NCBI GenBank assembly: GCA_964016885.1
Contig: OZ024745.1
Coordinates: 16,802,001-16,866,000, forward strand
DNA: 64,000 nucleotides
Source of the DNA: Eledone cirrhosa
Taxonomy: Eukaryota
Direction of reading: 5' to 3'
The position numbers and the translations under genes are program-made. Position 1 is the stretch's first letter. Every line of letters begins with the position of its first letter. The notes under the pieces were generated by a model that was given only the letters and a program-made list of their open reading frames with translations, searched no databases and was not told the DNA's origin. This document shows, piece by piece, positions 1 through 14,555 of this stretch.

Positions 1-235
1 TATATAAACACACATGTACAATATATAAACTCACATATGCTGTATATATGCAGACAGATCTGCTACACAATAGATATGTGTAGATAACAATAATATGTAC
101 ACGGATTATATGCATATATCTGCAGTATATGCAGGTAGCAGTTAATAAATACACTGGTTATTAATGGTATTATTCCGTAATACCTGATAGAGTCCTATGT
201 GGTATATGGAGTTGTTTCTTAGGCAATTCTAAATT

Positions 236-400
236 CTCCGGAGCTGATTTCCTCCAGCAGATTTCTTCCAGAGAAGGATAGCAACGAAGAACGAAGTATA
301 GAGGAAAAATCCACCGCAGTACTAGACTGGTAATTTTGTATCGAATTCGAAAAGATGAAAGGCAAAGTTGAGCCTGGCAGAATTTGAACTCACACACGCA
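236..400 (-). mobile_element. diverged SINE, second subfamily with purine-rich extension
   Basis: CAGTACTAGACTGGTA..GATGAAAGGCAAAGTTGAGCCTGGCAGAATTTGAACTCA; resembles 14330-14555 and 24880-25140. Confidence 0.6.
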
Positions 401-632
401 GATGCTTCTACAATACATTATCTTAAATAAACACGCACATTCACAATGCCCTCTCCATCTCTTATAAGGACACACACACTCACACCTATATATATATATG
501 TATGCATATATATACATATATATATATATATTCATTAGTTAAGCAAAGCAAGACCACACATTTCACAAGGAAGACATTATTAAAAGATTGTCAACATATT
601 TTAGTTTGATGTAAGGAGTGTAGAGAATAATA

Positions 633-810
633 ATAATTGTTTCTACTTTTGGCACAAGGCCAGCAATTACTGGTACTTTATTTTATCGACCCCGGAAGGA
701 TGAAAGGCAAAGTTAACCTCGGCAGGATTTGAACTCAGAATGGCAAGGGCCGTAACTCTATGCGTCAAAGCATGGCGTCCGACCCTCTACCGATACTGCC
801 AATCCACCCG
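633..810 (-). mobile_element. tRNA-derived SINE (MetaSINE-like domain), young subfamily
   Basis: Minus strand has A-box-like TGGCAGTATCGG, B-box GAGTTCAAATC, core GCCTTTCATCC..GGGTCGATAAAATAAAGTACCAG and an (ATT)n tail. Flanks repeat TAGAGAATAATAATAAT (621-637, 821-837). Near-identical copies occur elsewhere in the window. Confidence 0.85.
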
Positions 811-1167
811 TGAATAATAATAGAGAATAATAATAATAATAATAGAGAATAATGTCCGTTTACAATTGTTTCGCTACTCCATATAATATTTCTGGATCAA
901 ATGACTATATATCATTATTGATCTGGTTCAGTTGAAAATAATTAACATAATGTAGTGTTCCATATATTGGTATTTCACTATGGTGTATTAATTTTCTGCC
1001 ATAATTAAGCAGTATTCTTCTGTCGAGGCTGCATTGTGTGAGATCTGCCTATGGGTCCACTGCATATTGCACATTGAGCACATGCCTTTACGCTTTGGCT
1101 TCTAACTAATTCACCAATCTCTCCTTTCCTATCTCCATCTCTCTCTTTAAGATTGGTTACTCTTGAA

Positions 1168-1285
<118 letters not shown>

Positions 1286-1959
1286 CTTTATTGCTTTGCA
1301 TGAGATGTTTTCTTACTAGTTATTCTTCGTTCTCAGTAACGCCTTTTAGTTGCCTAAGACAAACTAAGTAAACCATATTGTTGTCTTTGTTAGTGATTTT
1401 TTGTTTAGCCCCTGGTCAATCATGAAGCAGCAGTTCCATAATAATAGACGTCCCTGTATTTCATTCAAACGAGTATTTCTAGGATTATATTACTCGGCAC
1501 ATCCCCACTTTCGTAAAAGTCAGTTTGTGATTTAAGGAATATTTGGTTGCTATATCATACGATTCCAGTGACCAGATATAAACTCATTTGTTGGCCCAAC
1601 TAATATCACATTTGATCAGTTTTCATATCAATAAACATATCAGAGAACAATGTCAGCAGTGAAGTCAATTAAATAATAGTTAAAATTTAGCAATACACAT
1701 TGCGATACCTCAGTTCTCACTATACTCTTGACTTGCGAGGAATAGCAGCTATATCTTACATTCTTAAAAGTGAGTTAAATATGGGATAGTGCGTCGTTGG
1801 AAACTCCCTCTGTAAAAATCGACTAATAAGTAAATACAACGGGAGGATCATGTTTGGAATACCTTTCATCCTGGTTTTGTTCGTATGAACAATATATTCA
1901 TTTCTCGTCCCGGTCATTATTGGTGATATGGTCTCTAATATAATGTCGTCTTGGATGGG

Positions 1960-2120
1960 CAAGTTAGTCTTATGAAAAACTGCAACCATTCTTTATTTGC
2001 TTCTTCCAGGAACTGTGGTCGACAGTCAGGTCGTGCTACAATGAGAGGTTGACATCGAAGCTAGTCAGATCTTCTTAACATTCAGTCCTTCCAGCGCTTA
2101 AGTAGGCGGTTTCTGCTTCT
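1960..2120 (-). mobile_element. RTE-clade LINE remnant (post-RT C-terminal region)
   Basis: Frameshift-corrected minus translation ~KRWKD-VKEDLTSFDVNLSL*HDLTVDHSSWKKQIKNGC matches the RTE C-terminal RWKD..DR..W pattern. Confidence 0.6.
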
Positions 2121-2169
2121 CTTTTAATTCAACAAACAATATATATATGTTTAAACAAATGGAAAAATG

Positions 2170-2325
2170 AGACAGAAGAATAATCGACCCAAGTATTGGT
2201 ACGTCATTAATTTTCAAAGAATGAAACAGAATGATGGCGTCAGTTGGAATCGAACTGTGAATACAAAGAGCCGGAACAAATAGCGCAATGATATCTATCC
2301 GACGTTCTTCAGCCAATTCACCGTC
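2170..2325 (-). mobile_element. old, diverged SINE copy
   Basis: AATCGACCCAAGTATTGGTAC...GAATCGAACTGTGAATACAAAGAGCCGGAACAAATAGCGCAA..ATCCGACGTTC..GCCAATTCACCG aligns by eye to the SINE family. Confidence 0.55.
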
Positions 2326-2504
2326 TACATACGTATAATATGTCTGGGGTTAAACAATATTATATCACATAAATACCCGAGTTTTACTCACTGGAAAAAG
2401 CGCGGGTAATGTGGAAGGAGCTTAAAACTATAAATAAGGAAATTGATCTGTTCAATCAATTGGAAATTCTGAGGATGTAATTTGACACGGAATGTTACTT
2501 TGAA

Positions 2505-2601
<97 letters not shown>

Positions 2602-3028
2602 CGTGTGTATGTGTTTCTCGATGTTGGAATGTCATTCATTATGTGCCCTCAAAACCTCTCCACTATCACCACCCTACAAAACTACAAAATCTATAGCTGC
2701 TGGGTTTCCTTTTCTTTTTGCTGTGGCTATAACATATGTCTTCGATGCAATCAGTGCTTTAAATGTAAATGTCTGCTTTTTGTTCCCTGTGTGAATCATC
2801 TCTAAATAGAACGTGTGAAGCCACCACGTAATGAAAGAATATCTAAAGTGCTGTTTTCTTTGCTAGAAATAGAAACCAATGTTCTCCTTAAAATCAACTG
2901 GATAATATGTCTATATCTACAAAATGGCTTCGGTCATAGTTCACCTCTTTAATGACTGACCTAGGACTAAACAGTAAAACAAAATCCTAACAAAACGTGC
3001 TCCATGTCACTATCCCCCCCCCCCATCG

Positions 3029-3415
3029 TTCTTCTTCTTCTTCTTCTTCTTCTTCTTCTTCTTCTTCTTCTTCTTCTTCTTCTTCTTCTTCTTCTTCTTC
3101 CCCATCTTTCTTCTTCTTCTTCTTCTTCTTCTTCTTCTTCTTCTTCTTCTTCTTCCACACATTTTTGGGAGGGTTACGGGAGCAAAGTCCTGAAACACCA
3201 CTTCCAGTGGTTCATGTCGGAAGTAAACGTTTCCAATTGATCCTTCAGAATCCCAAAGCAACACCAGCTCAACTCATGGATGTTATCCAACCATTTTGCT
3301 CGGGTTATACCCCTGGTCTCCTGCTGGTTGTTTTGCCCGTATAATATGTCCAGTGATTCTTTCTTCAGACATTATAACCACAGGCCCGCAATATTGGGTC
3401 TGTGCTCTCTTAACT
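3029..3415 (-). mobile_element. RTE-like LINE 3' end with (GAA)n tail
   Basis: Minus strand reads, with frameshifts, YCGPVVIMSEERITGHIIRAK...RARWLDNIHELSWCCFGI...DQLETFTSDMNHWKWC, followed directly by the (GAA)n array at 3029-3155. Confidence 0.6.
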
Positions 3416-3953
3416 TTCTAAAATAATGTTTTGTTCTAATACATATACAGTATGTTTTGCCTATTTTATAAAGTTTATGAGTTTCTATGCTCATTTAAAT
3501 TATTAATTCTGAAATCGACGGTATATATGATTAAATTACTTATATATGTCACTATCTAAATATAATAGATGTGACTAAACTAATTAATAAATATAATCAT
3601 TTAATAAAATAGCCAATCTGATGGTGGAACGATACAAACTAAATTAATGTTCATGCTATTTAAACTAATACAAGCTTAATAGATCTATTTCGTGTCTTCA
3701 CTAATCAAATTATGCAGAAAATATAAGTTTTATTAGTAATTAGATAATAAAGATCACGACTAAATAAATATAAATACAACAAACTCGCATAAAAGAACTT
3801 ATGGAGATAACGATACAAGCAGTACGGATAATTATCTATTAATAACTAAACATAGAGGATAATTACAAAACATACAAACTTTACATATTTAACATTATGT
3901 ATCTCAACATAAATACAATCTCATATATATATATATTCTTAATGCAACAAACT

Positions 3954-4021
<68 letters not shown>

Positions 4022-4140
4022 TATATATATAACTCTTTGCTTATATATATATATATATATATATATATAAGCAAAGAGTTATACAACAAATTTAATTATT
4101 ACTGATTCCGAGGCAGTCTACAGAATTCTTCGGGATTATA

Positions 4141-4450
4141 ATATCAATGATATTAATAAATGGAAACTATCTTTATGAAACCATATTTATTTTATTATAT
4201 ATATTTCAAAGGGTACCAAACTTTTGGTACGGTCTCATCAGATAAAATACAAAAGTTGTTTTAAAAATAGTGACATATCCAAAAAACAGAACTTAAAACG
4301 ATAAGTCCTTGTTTTTTGGATATGTCACTATTTATAAAACAACTTTTGTATTTTATCTGATAAGGGCGTACCAAAACTTTGGTACCCTTGAAATAGATAT
4401 AATAAAATAAATATGGTTTTATAAAGATATTTTCCATTTATTAATATCAT

Positions 4451-4456
<6 letters not shown>
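4141..4456. mobile_element. fold-back element (~155 bp arms) with hammerhead in each arm; PLE pseudo-LTR inversion
   Basis: ATATCAATGATATTAATAAATGGAAA... pairs with ...TTTCCATTTATTAATATCATTGATAT around a ~6 nt loop; (TA)n on the right. Relatives at 12395-12470, 48075-48405 and 53795-53925. Confidence 0.85.
4190..4247 (-). ncRNA. type I minimal hammerhead ribozyme
   Basis: ttttat CTGATGA gaccgtaccaaaagtttggtacccttt GAAA tatata TA ataaaa. The mirror copy at 4351-4407(+) has CTGATAA. Confidence 0.8.
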
Positions 4457-4525
<69 letters not shown>

Positions 4526-5012
4526 CAACTAACTTGCCTGATATAGCTCTTCGTTTAGTTTAGTACGAATCTGACAGTGTGATGTATTTGAAATTCCCTG
4601 CTTCGCTATTGCTATATATATATATATTTTCCCCTCTATTTTACCCCTTAAAGAAAATAGATCGAAAAATCCCTGTATTAATTGTAATTACCATTACTTG
4701 GTATGAATATTTTTTTCCTTTTGCTGTCTACATTTATCGCTTTTATGTGATAATAATTCAAAGTAAATGACCATTTCGTGCCATTTACGTTATGCGAAGG
4801 TATTATCACATTGTTCTTCTTTGAGACTTTTGCTGAAAAATATACAAAAAATTCATTCTAAGCATATAACAATCTACACACCATAATTACTTCCCCTGAA
4901 TATTTAGATGTTGTAGAATACAGAGCAGTCTTACAGCCGGTGGTGATGATGATGAAATATATATATATATCATTTATATATATATATTTATATTACAACA
5001 CAACGGAAAATA

Positions 5013-5067
<55 letters not shown>

Positions 5068-5068
5068 C

Positions 5069-5127
<59 letters not shown>

Positions 5128-5268
5128 GGTAACACAACAGTTAGTTCACTATAACGAGAACAATTGTTTCACCTTAGCGGATCTTCAGCTCGTAATCCAA
5201 TTACGAGCTGAAGATCCGCTAAGGCGAAACAATTGTTCTCGTTATGGCGAACTAACTCTTGTGTTACC
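5128..5268. mobile_element. fold-back element (~70 bp arms) with hammerhead
   Basis: GGTAACACAACAGTTAGTTC...CGTAAT cca ATTACG...GAACTAACTCTTGTGTTACC, next to (TA)n. Confidence 0.85.
5203..5242 (+). ncRNA. type I minimal hammerhead ribozyme
   Basis: acgag CTGAAGA tccgctaaggc GAAA caattg TT ctcgt; palindromic stem III. Mirror copy at ~5155-5193(-). Confidence 0.75.
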
Positions 5269-5354
5269 ACTCATACCTAACTCGTCCCATGGACTGAGTG
5301 CTCTACCACTACGGATATTACCTTCCAGTGTTCTACCTCTCTCTCTCTCTCTCA

Positions 5355-5427
<73 letters not shown>

Positions 5428-6124
5428 AAATACATTATGAAGAGAGAAGAAACATTTAGATATAATTAGTAATAAAATGTATCATACCTAAACTGCTCCT
5501 AAATTCCTCGACTACGTAGTTTCGTGGCATAAACAAAAACAATATATCATAAAGATATAGAGTCCCTGCGAGGTCTGCCGACTTATCAAGAGGATACCTC
5601 ATTTTACTAGTCTCAAGAACGCGTCTACACGACGTGAGAAAGAATCCCAAAAGGCGGAGGGGGAGATAGTCACGCGATATAACGGTCGAGAAACAGAGCT
5701 AAGCCTCTTATAACCACGAAGAAAATACCACAGAGGCGGAGGGGGTATTCATATCGAGGCCGCAGAAGAGGTGGTGAAGAAGGCTAGAAGTATGAGTAAT
5801 GGAAGCTTTCCAGTTGTCCCCACACCTCAAAGATTGCTCGACCAGAGGGAGTTATTAACAATATATTTAGAAACACACAGATACATGCGGACACACACAT
5901 ATATACATGAATGCATCCACACCCAACTGTGAGTTACAAACACACACGTATATATATATACCATTACTAAAGAATAAATAGATCTTTTAAACTTATTTTC
6001 TACATTACATGATGTAATTTTAACAACCAAATGGTGTTTTATATTTTTGTTTTGGCTTTCAGAATTCAAAATTTAATTGCTCTTCCATTAAAAAAATCAA
6101 AATATATATATGAGAATAGACGAT

Positions 6125-6253
<129 letters not shown>

Positions 6254-7418
6254 GAAACTATGAAAATATATTATAGATTTTTATGGTGTATTTATCTAAA
6301 TTTTCCTCCGTAATTGCTTTCCTGTTGCACGAAGTAAAATATATGCATGCCATACTTAGTGTTCAGCGTGTTTCATTTACATGTAAGTCACCACATGAGG
6401 TATGAGAATTACACAACAACAGCAACAGCATCAACAACATCCTCAATTATTGCTTCACTACATATCATCACAATCAACTTGCTTTTCCCGAACAGCTGAT
6501 TTTGCGTGTATATGTGCAAAATTGCCATGGAAATATCTTCTGTCCGTCCGAATCTACCTTAATAATGTAATACTTAAACAGATAAATGCCATACTTAATT
6601 TGAAAATGGATGCATGAGCAAGATTTTAATAAACCAAATGTAATATTCGGTGTTCATTTAATAAATTAGTATTTGGCAATTCCATCTCAGTTATTGTAGA
6701 CACATTTATACACATATCTGAAAAACCTAAGAACATATTAATCATCAAAACATCCAGAATATCAAAAACTACACATATATCACTGCATAGATCTCTTCAT
6801 GTGAAATACTATTTAGTATTTATATATACACACAGCTGATTTAATACTATCAATTCACGCTCATATTATATGTAAATAACATCTGAACAAGAATGTTCAC
6901 ATGAAAATCTACATCCGATTGTGTTGCCTTTCATACCATTGCACTCTTAGGCAAATAAGCTGCTTATAATGAAGCAGAATACATTTGGAATAGATGTATA
7001 TACATTTCTTACAAGGATACTAACGTATCATTGATATGATCACAGTTCAAAGTACTCACATATCTTGATTATAGACATATTGTATATGGGTTCATATATG
7101 CCTATCTTCTACATTAGGCTGTCCTTACGTTTTGGGTATTTTACATATATTATATATTATCGGTTAAGGAGTAATATTTGTAAGATACTGTAGTCGTTAG
7201 CAATATCAGCACCCAATGCTACAACGTAAACAGTGTGATTCCAGTTTTAGTATGTACACCGCACGACATCAATATGTTAATTTAGTCGGCAAAGTGTTTA
7301 CATCAATTGAGAAAGAACGTAGTTTCAATTTGACATAATTTTTATTCTCATCAAATGTAACAAATGTTTTGCAGATGAATCGCTCGAGCTGATAATATCA
7401 ACCCGAGCCGTTATTACA

Positions 7419-7601
7419 GATTGGCAGTATCGATAGAGAGTCGGACGCCATGCTCTCCAGCATAGTTACGTCCCTTAACGGTCTGAGTTCAAATCCCGCC
7501 GAGGTTCACTTTGCCTTTCATCCTTACGGGGTCGATAAAATAAAGTACCAGTAATGTACTGGGTAATTGCTGGCCTTGTGCCAAATGTAGAAACAGTTAT
7601 T
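7419..7601 (+). mobile_element. MetaSINE-like SINE copy
   Basis: TGGCAGTATCGATAGAG...GAGTTCAAATCCCGCCGAGG..TTTGCCTTTCATCCTTACGGGGTCGATAAAATAAAGTACCAG...GCCAAATGTAGAAAC. Confidence 0.85.
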
Positions 7602-8340
7602 ACGGAATAGAATTACATTTAATCTGAATTCACCAATAGATATGCCTTGATTTAGAATCTTCAAATTAAAATAAAATGTTTTCAATGATATCAGAAAGGG
7701 ATAAGGATGAAGTATACTGCATTCAAAATAACAAACAACAAACACGAAAATATTGTAGAATATCGAGCAAGTTTTGTACCAAGAAAAATAAAACCTCGGC
7801 ATGAAGACATTATCAATTTATTTCCTCCTTTGACATAAGTTTCTGCGTCTATTATAAATTGTCTACATATGCTGACTACAATATATATTGTTCAATCATA
7901 TGCAATACTTAATTATTTATCACACTTCATTACGAGGTAAAATTCAGTAATGAGATTTTCTTTTAAGAAAGTGCAATTAAGTTACAAATAGCATGAAATA
8001 GAGTAAGTTAGTGTGATAGTAGAGAAGAGAGGGCTTGGGGGTAAAGAGTTTTACACTATCAATCCGTGTAACGTAATGTGGAACAATTATTCTTTGATCA
8101 TTGGTATGGGTGAAGGTTTTGATGTTTGCCATATATGAAAGTAGAGAATGTATAAGGAAGGGGACAGTGAAAGATAAGGTAGAGATTAAGAGTAGGCTAG
8201 AGGGGATAAGGAGGAAAGAAATTAAGAAAATGGGATTGTTTTGAATATTACTAAATCAATTGTGTGTGAAAAGTTCAAATGCCACAGAAATGTATCAATA
8301 GGATATAATCAATCCTAGGTATTAGGCATCGAATCTTGTT

Positions 8341-8672
8341 CTAGTCTAGTTCGTATTTAGCAAAGGTTTTTAGTACCTTATGTTTGCTATTAGATATTCT
8401 ATCATGCCGGGATTTTAGAAAGTCCTTTCCGATCGCTATTTCAATAACTTCCTCCAAACATAGTTCACAGGGGTGTCTTTCATTCGGGTATGGACGGGCC
8501 AATTTTAGCACGGACAATTGTAGTTTGTATTGAATTGTAGCACGTTTCAGATCCCAGATGCTTTTCGCCAGGGCCGTAGATATAGCTAAACTGGGGTTTT
8601 TAAATGTGTGGGTGTGCACATACCATTATTTCTTGAAGATATTCGAAGTGGGACCCACATATTTATATATCC
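8341..8672 (-). pseudogene. Penelope-like element GIY-YIG endonuclease C-terminal remnant
   Basis: YKYVGPTSNIFKK*WYMHTHTFKNPSLAISTALAKSIWDLK...ARPYPNERHPCELCLEE: YIG-like YVG, H..SF..ST.L...IW.LK and CxLCxxE motifs. One in-frame stop; truncated upstream by (TA)n. Confidence 0.8.
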
Positions 8673-9940
<1,268 letters not shown>

Positions 9941-9992
9941 CTATAACCTTCGTTTTGTGTAGAAACTTACACTTTCATATATATATATATAT

Positions 9993-10190
9993 ATAGGAAA
10001 AAGTATGACCCCAACGGCAGAGCTCAAGCGGTTAAGACAGCTATTTCTAGTCCAGAAATAGCCGTCGAAACGGCGTGAGCTCTGCCGTCGGGGTCATACC
10101 TTTTCCTATTTCCCACTCTACTACCCTAAGTATTGAGTACTCTGGCGCGTTATGGTCCATCTGGTTCCTTACCACAATTCCTTTGTTATA
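9993..10190 (+). mobile_element. short hairpin-headed repeat between (TA)n tracts; family also at 31932-32016(-) and 57102-57252(+)
   Basis: Hairpin 9993-10110, then the shared tail CCCACTCTACTA...GCGTTATGGTCCA(T/C)CTGGTTCCTTACCAC...TTTGTTATATA. Confidence 0.75.
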
Positions 10191-10209
10191 TATATATATA
10201 TATATATAC

Positions 10210-11963
10210 GGGGTAACAAATAATAGTTATATCCAGTCCCCTTAAGTGTAGTCCACATTATCGTATTCCGGGTAGTGGATGATATCAACGCTAGGCTTGG
10301 TTTGACTCAACAAGGCGTATTCATAGTGATGTTGCGAGTATGCTGTAATTCCTATGTTGTAAACACTTGGAGTAATAATAAATTAGGAAAGAAGATTGAC
10401 ATGGTTTGCAATACAAAAAAGGTTTTTAATCTCATTGCTGACAATTGTTTCTCTGAACTGGTAGGTCTAGAGATCGCTATTCGCTTGTTTTCACGTTACT
10501 CGATCGCCAATACAAAATTATAACCAGTCAGTTCCTCGGAGCATGCGAGAATGAAGAGAATATACAGGCATGAATGGAATATACAGGCTACTATATGAAG
10601 TAGTAATGGCATTCAGTTAGAACAATAACAACAATTACAACAATGCTAGTAATACATCATTTGAGCAGACCCTGTGCACATACCATCTTTTTTAAAAAAA
10701 GATGGTATGTGCACAGGCACTCAATGAAAAACCGTGCACTTATGGGTTCCACAACCCTCGCCAAAAAAATATGGGAACTGAAGGACAGCAGCACTAACTA
10801 CAGCATTAACTGGTTGAAGTTGTCGGCTGCTAAAACCTATAGTACAGGTATGTCCCACTGCGGGCTATGTGATCTAGAACTAATGTATATCCTCAAAAAT
10901 GTAAAAAGGCTACTTAACAATAAGTTAGAAAGATCTATCTTCTGCAGACATAGAATTGCCACTAAATTCATAAGATTCAAACCTCCGTGAATCGAACCAA
11001 CACAACATAGCTTTAAACTAGGATACCCACTACCCTGCATAAATCACCACAGAAATATACTCATTAAGTACACTCTAGCCTTCACAAGTCTTTACCACAC
11101 AAATGTCTGTAAGTACCTCATCAACCCATAAACTTATTCCTTCTCGGCTGCTGCCATCACTTGATCCTAAATCCAAAAATTTCTCAAATCACTACTACAA
11201 TGTAACTTTACCTTCCTTTTTGCCATAATTACAGTTAGCATGTTTATCTCTTTGCATATATGTATGTATTTGTACGAGTGTATATTGATATGTATGTATG
11301 TGTCTATGTACACATGCGTGTGTATATATAGGTGTGTGTGTATGTATGTGTATATATATATATATATATATGTATATGTATTGCCTCCTTAACCTCTGTA
11401 TTAACTCGCCCACTATTTAGCTTTGACAGTGTTGTCCCATACATGTATGTTATTGAAGATGAAAAGAAAGACTGTATTCTCATCTAATGTAGACCACACA
11501 AATTCTACTCAATGATAAATACTTCGTCGGTCAGATAAATACTGAACATTACGGCCACCTGACCTATATTGGTGATAAACACCGGCTTATCTTTAAAATT
11601 GATACAATACACCCTACGACATGCCAAACTTATACTTCTGCTTCATGTCAGCTAGTTTTACACGCCGAAATCTTAGATACACTATACCCCCTACCTAATG
11701 TAATGTCAGGGTCTCCTCAAATAATTTATTACTAGCATTGTTGTAATTGTTGTTATTGTTCTAACTGAATGCCATTACTACTTCATATAGTAGCATGTAT
11801 ATTCCATTCATGCATGTATATTCTCTTCATTCTCGCATGCTCCGAGGAACTGACTGGTTATAATTTTGTATTGGCGATCGAGTAACGTGAAAACAAGCGA
11901 ATAGCGATCTCTAGACCTACCAGTTCAGAGAAACAATTGTCAGCAATGAGATTAAAAACCTTT
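10210..11963 (+). mobile_element. 5'-truncated Penelope-like element with inverted pseudo-LTR
   Basis: Inverted arms 10418-10654 and 11727-11963 enclose a GIY-YIG ORF remnant plus downstream sequence; (TA)n on both sides. 10210-10450 is homologous to 58878-59115. Confidence 0.8.
10694..10990 (+). pseudogene. PLE GIY-YIG endonuclease C-terminal half (open frame, 5'-truncated)
   Basis: KKRWYVHRHSMKNRALMGSTTLAKKIWELKDSSTNYSINWLKLSAAKTYSTGMSHCGLCDLELMYILKNVKRLLNNKLERSIFCRHR: CxLCxxE..LLN..CRH pattern; homologous to 8341-8672. Confidence 0.85.
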
Positions 11964-12001
11964 CAATCACAGATTGACATAGGCACACTCACACACACAT
12001 C

Positions 12002-12050
<49 letters not shown>

Positions 12051-12603
12051 CCGCAGAAAACCAACACTGGACTTTACCATCATTCCAGGGGTCCGGTGAG
12101 TATAAAACATTTATGCTTTCATATATTTTTATGCCTGTATATCTGTTTGACCCGAAATAGGAGATCGAATCTTCGCTGTGTGGATAATTAGTTTAACCAC
12201 CATCTCAGTGTGTTTGGCCTTTAACGTAAGTTGTAAGCTCTAATTCTTTTGAATTATTGAGCGCTTGCCTCACGAATTCGAAAGTGTTTTTTCGTTATTT
12301 CATAGGCTGAAATCCGATTCTCGCTAATTGTTACTTATATATATATATATGTATATATGTGTGTGTGTATACAGAAATATATATATACATATACGATATT
12401 AAACAAATGGAAACTATATTTATAAAACCATATTTATTTCATTATACATATTTCAGGGATACCATATCTATATTTATAAAACCGTTGTAACCCAACAATT
12501 TTAAATAAAACTTTTGCATATATACATATATGTATATATATATGTATATAAATATATATATATATGCATTTATATATATAAACACATAATGTATATATAT
12601 TAT

Positions 12604-12665
<62 letters not shown>

Positions 12666-12879
12666 AAATAGTATAAAAACATATTATAAACAAATAGCAG
12701 AAAGGAAAAAGATATTTTCAGTAGAAAATGCAGAAGAGTGTAATTTCAAAACATTTATTTATTTTTTTATATAATTATAAAGAGGATATTTCCACATTCA
12801 ATAATGGTACCGGTTTCAGCATTATATGTATTGTCAACTGCGGATATGCATAATATAGTTAAGTTCCATATTTATACGA

Positions 12880-13068
12880 ATAATTGTTTCCACTTTTGGC
12901 ACAAGGCCATCAATAAACCAGTACATTACTGGTACTTTATTTTATCGACCCCGTAAGGATGAAAGGCAAAGTTAACCTCGGCGGGATTTGAACTCAGACC
13001 GTAAAGGGACGTAACTATGCTGGAAAGCATGACGCCAGACCCCCTACCGATACTGCCAATCCACCGCC
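12880..13068 (-). mobile_element. MetaSINE-like SINE copy with target-site duplication
   Basis: Full copy flanked by TATTTATAC(G/A)AATAAT on both sides. Confidence 0.85.
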
Positions 13069-13454
13069 CTTATTTATACAAATAATAATAATAAAAAGTG
13101 GAAGAAAAATTATTAAATTTTACATACATATTTTGAAAGGAGAGTTCATATTTCTGTCCGTGTTTGTCCTTCTTTCTCTATTACTTCGCTAACAGAAGTA
13201 GCAGTTTTGATTTTTTGATTTTGATTGGTAGTAGCTGGGAGAGAGAGGGAGAGGAGAGGGAGAGGGAGGAGTAGAGGGAAGAAGAAGGGAGGGGAAAAGG
13301 AGAAGTCTGTTGTGGTGAAAGCCACTCTCAGAAATAGTAACAAAAACGAGCTGGGATTGGTTTGAAAGGTTGGATGAACTTAGAGTTGACCGGGGGTGGG
13401 GGTGGGGTGTAAAAATATCTATCTCATATATATATACACTCACATACACACACT

Positions 13455-13549
<95 letters not shown>

Positions 13550-13552
<3 letters not shown>

Positions 13553-14122
13553 TCATTATTATTGGCATCCGTTGGCCTCGAAAGATCATATATCTGCGCC
13601 TGGAGAAGTGTGCCTCAGCTGCCGATACAGTGTCTGCTGTCACCGTACACGGGAGTGGCAATATTATTGCATACAGTAACTGCATTTGAAGATGCTCTTC
13701 TCCGGTCTTGCTGTGTTGTTCTTTTTCCGAGCGCGCTTTTCCCCAGAGGCAAGTTTGTTTCTCTTCCCCACGCCCCATCCCCTTGCACAGTATATATCTC
13801 CACCGTGGGTTATCATTAGCGAGCTCTATCCATCTCTTGTCCAAATCTATTGATTTCATATTTCTCCGGCTGACGTCTTTGATATGAAGTTGAGATTGTC
13901 CTTATGCTCTTGAGCCGGTGGCAATTCCTCACATTGAAGGATTTTAGGTTCCTCCCGTAAGGCATAGGAAGTACCCGACTGAGTAGGCGGTGCTTTGTGT
14001 GCAGGGTGTATATATCTTGGCGCGATTGAGGACTGCAGTTTTGGTGACCCCATCGGTCCATTTGATATCCAAAATGCGTCTCAGACTACGAAGGTGGAAG
14101 ACATCGAGACGCCGCTCCTGTA
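13550..14122 (-). mobile_element. RTE-clade LINE 3' fragment
   Basis: QERRLDVFHLRSLRRILDIKWTDGVTKTAVLNRAKI...IKDVSRRNMKSIDLDKRWIELANDNPRWR, a degenerate Cys/His motif, then a short 3' UTR ending in (ATA)n. Several stops and frameshifts. Confidence 0.85.
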
Positions 14123-14329
14123 AATAAATGCTTCGTATTTGGTCAACACAATTTATTGCTGCACTTCCATTTCCTTTTTTTTACATCTGCTGGGAATGGA
14201 AGCCGAAGAAAATTGATAATATCTGTATTTACAGTTAAAGTTTGGTATGGAATGGTCCCGTGCCTCTGTATTAAGTCATTGAGAGGCCGTATTCAGATAT
14301 GGCTTTTCTTGGGCATTTTAAGCCTGGCA

Positions 14330-14555
14330 TAGCCCATCTCCTCTCCAGGTCTGAGTAAAGCAGTTTTGAAGAATAGAGATAGAATGTGAGAGAGAGAGAA
14401 AGAAAATGAGAAAGAGATATATAGAGGAAGAATCGACCCCAGTATTAGACTGGTACTTTTTAATCGACCTCGAATGGATAATTTGAACGTGATTTGAACT
14501 CAGAGACTAGAGAGATGGAACGACATTCTAACGACTCTATAATAATTCGCTGCCT
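14330..14555 (-). mobile_element. diverged SINE, second subfamily
   Basis: CTCTCCAGGTCTGAGTA...GAGGAAGAATCGACCCCAGTATTAGACTGGTACTT..ATCGACCTCGAATGGAT..GATTTGAACTCAGA; similar to 24880-25140. Confidence 0.65.

Noticed and set aside
2009-2100. Plus-strand exon after TTCTTTATTTGCTTCTTCCAG
   Set aside because: Better explained as an antisense RTE fragment; stops occur in all frames.
5520-5660. Further GIY-YIG remnant (NKNNI..IESLRGLPTYQEDT..RTRLHD)
   Set aside because: Suggestive but needs several frameshifts; too degenerate to call.
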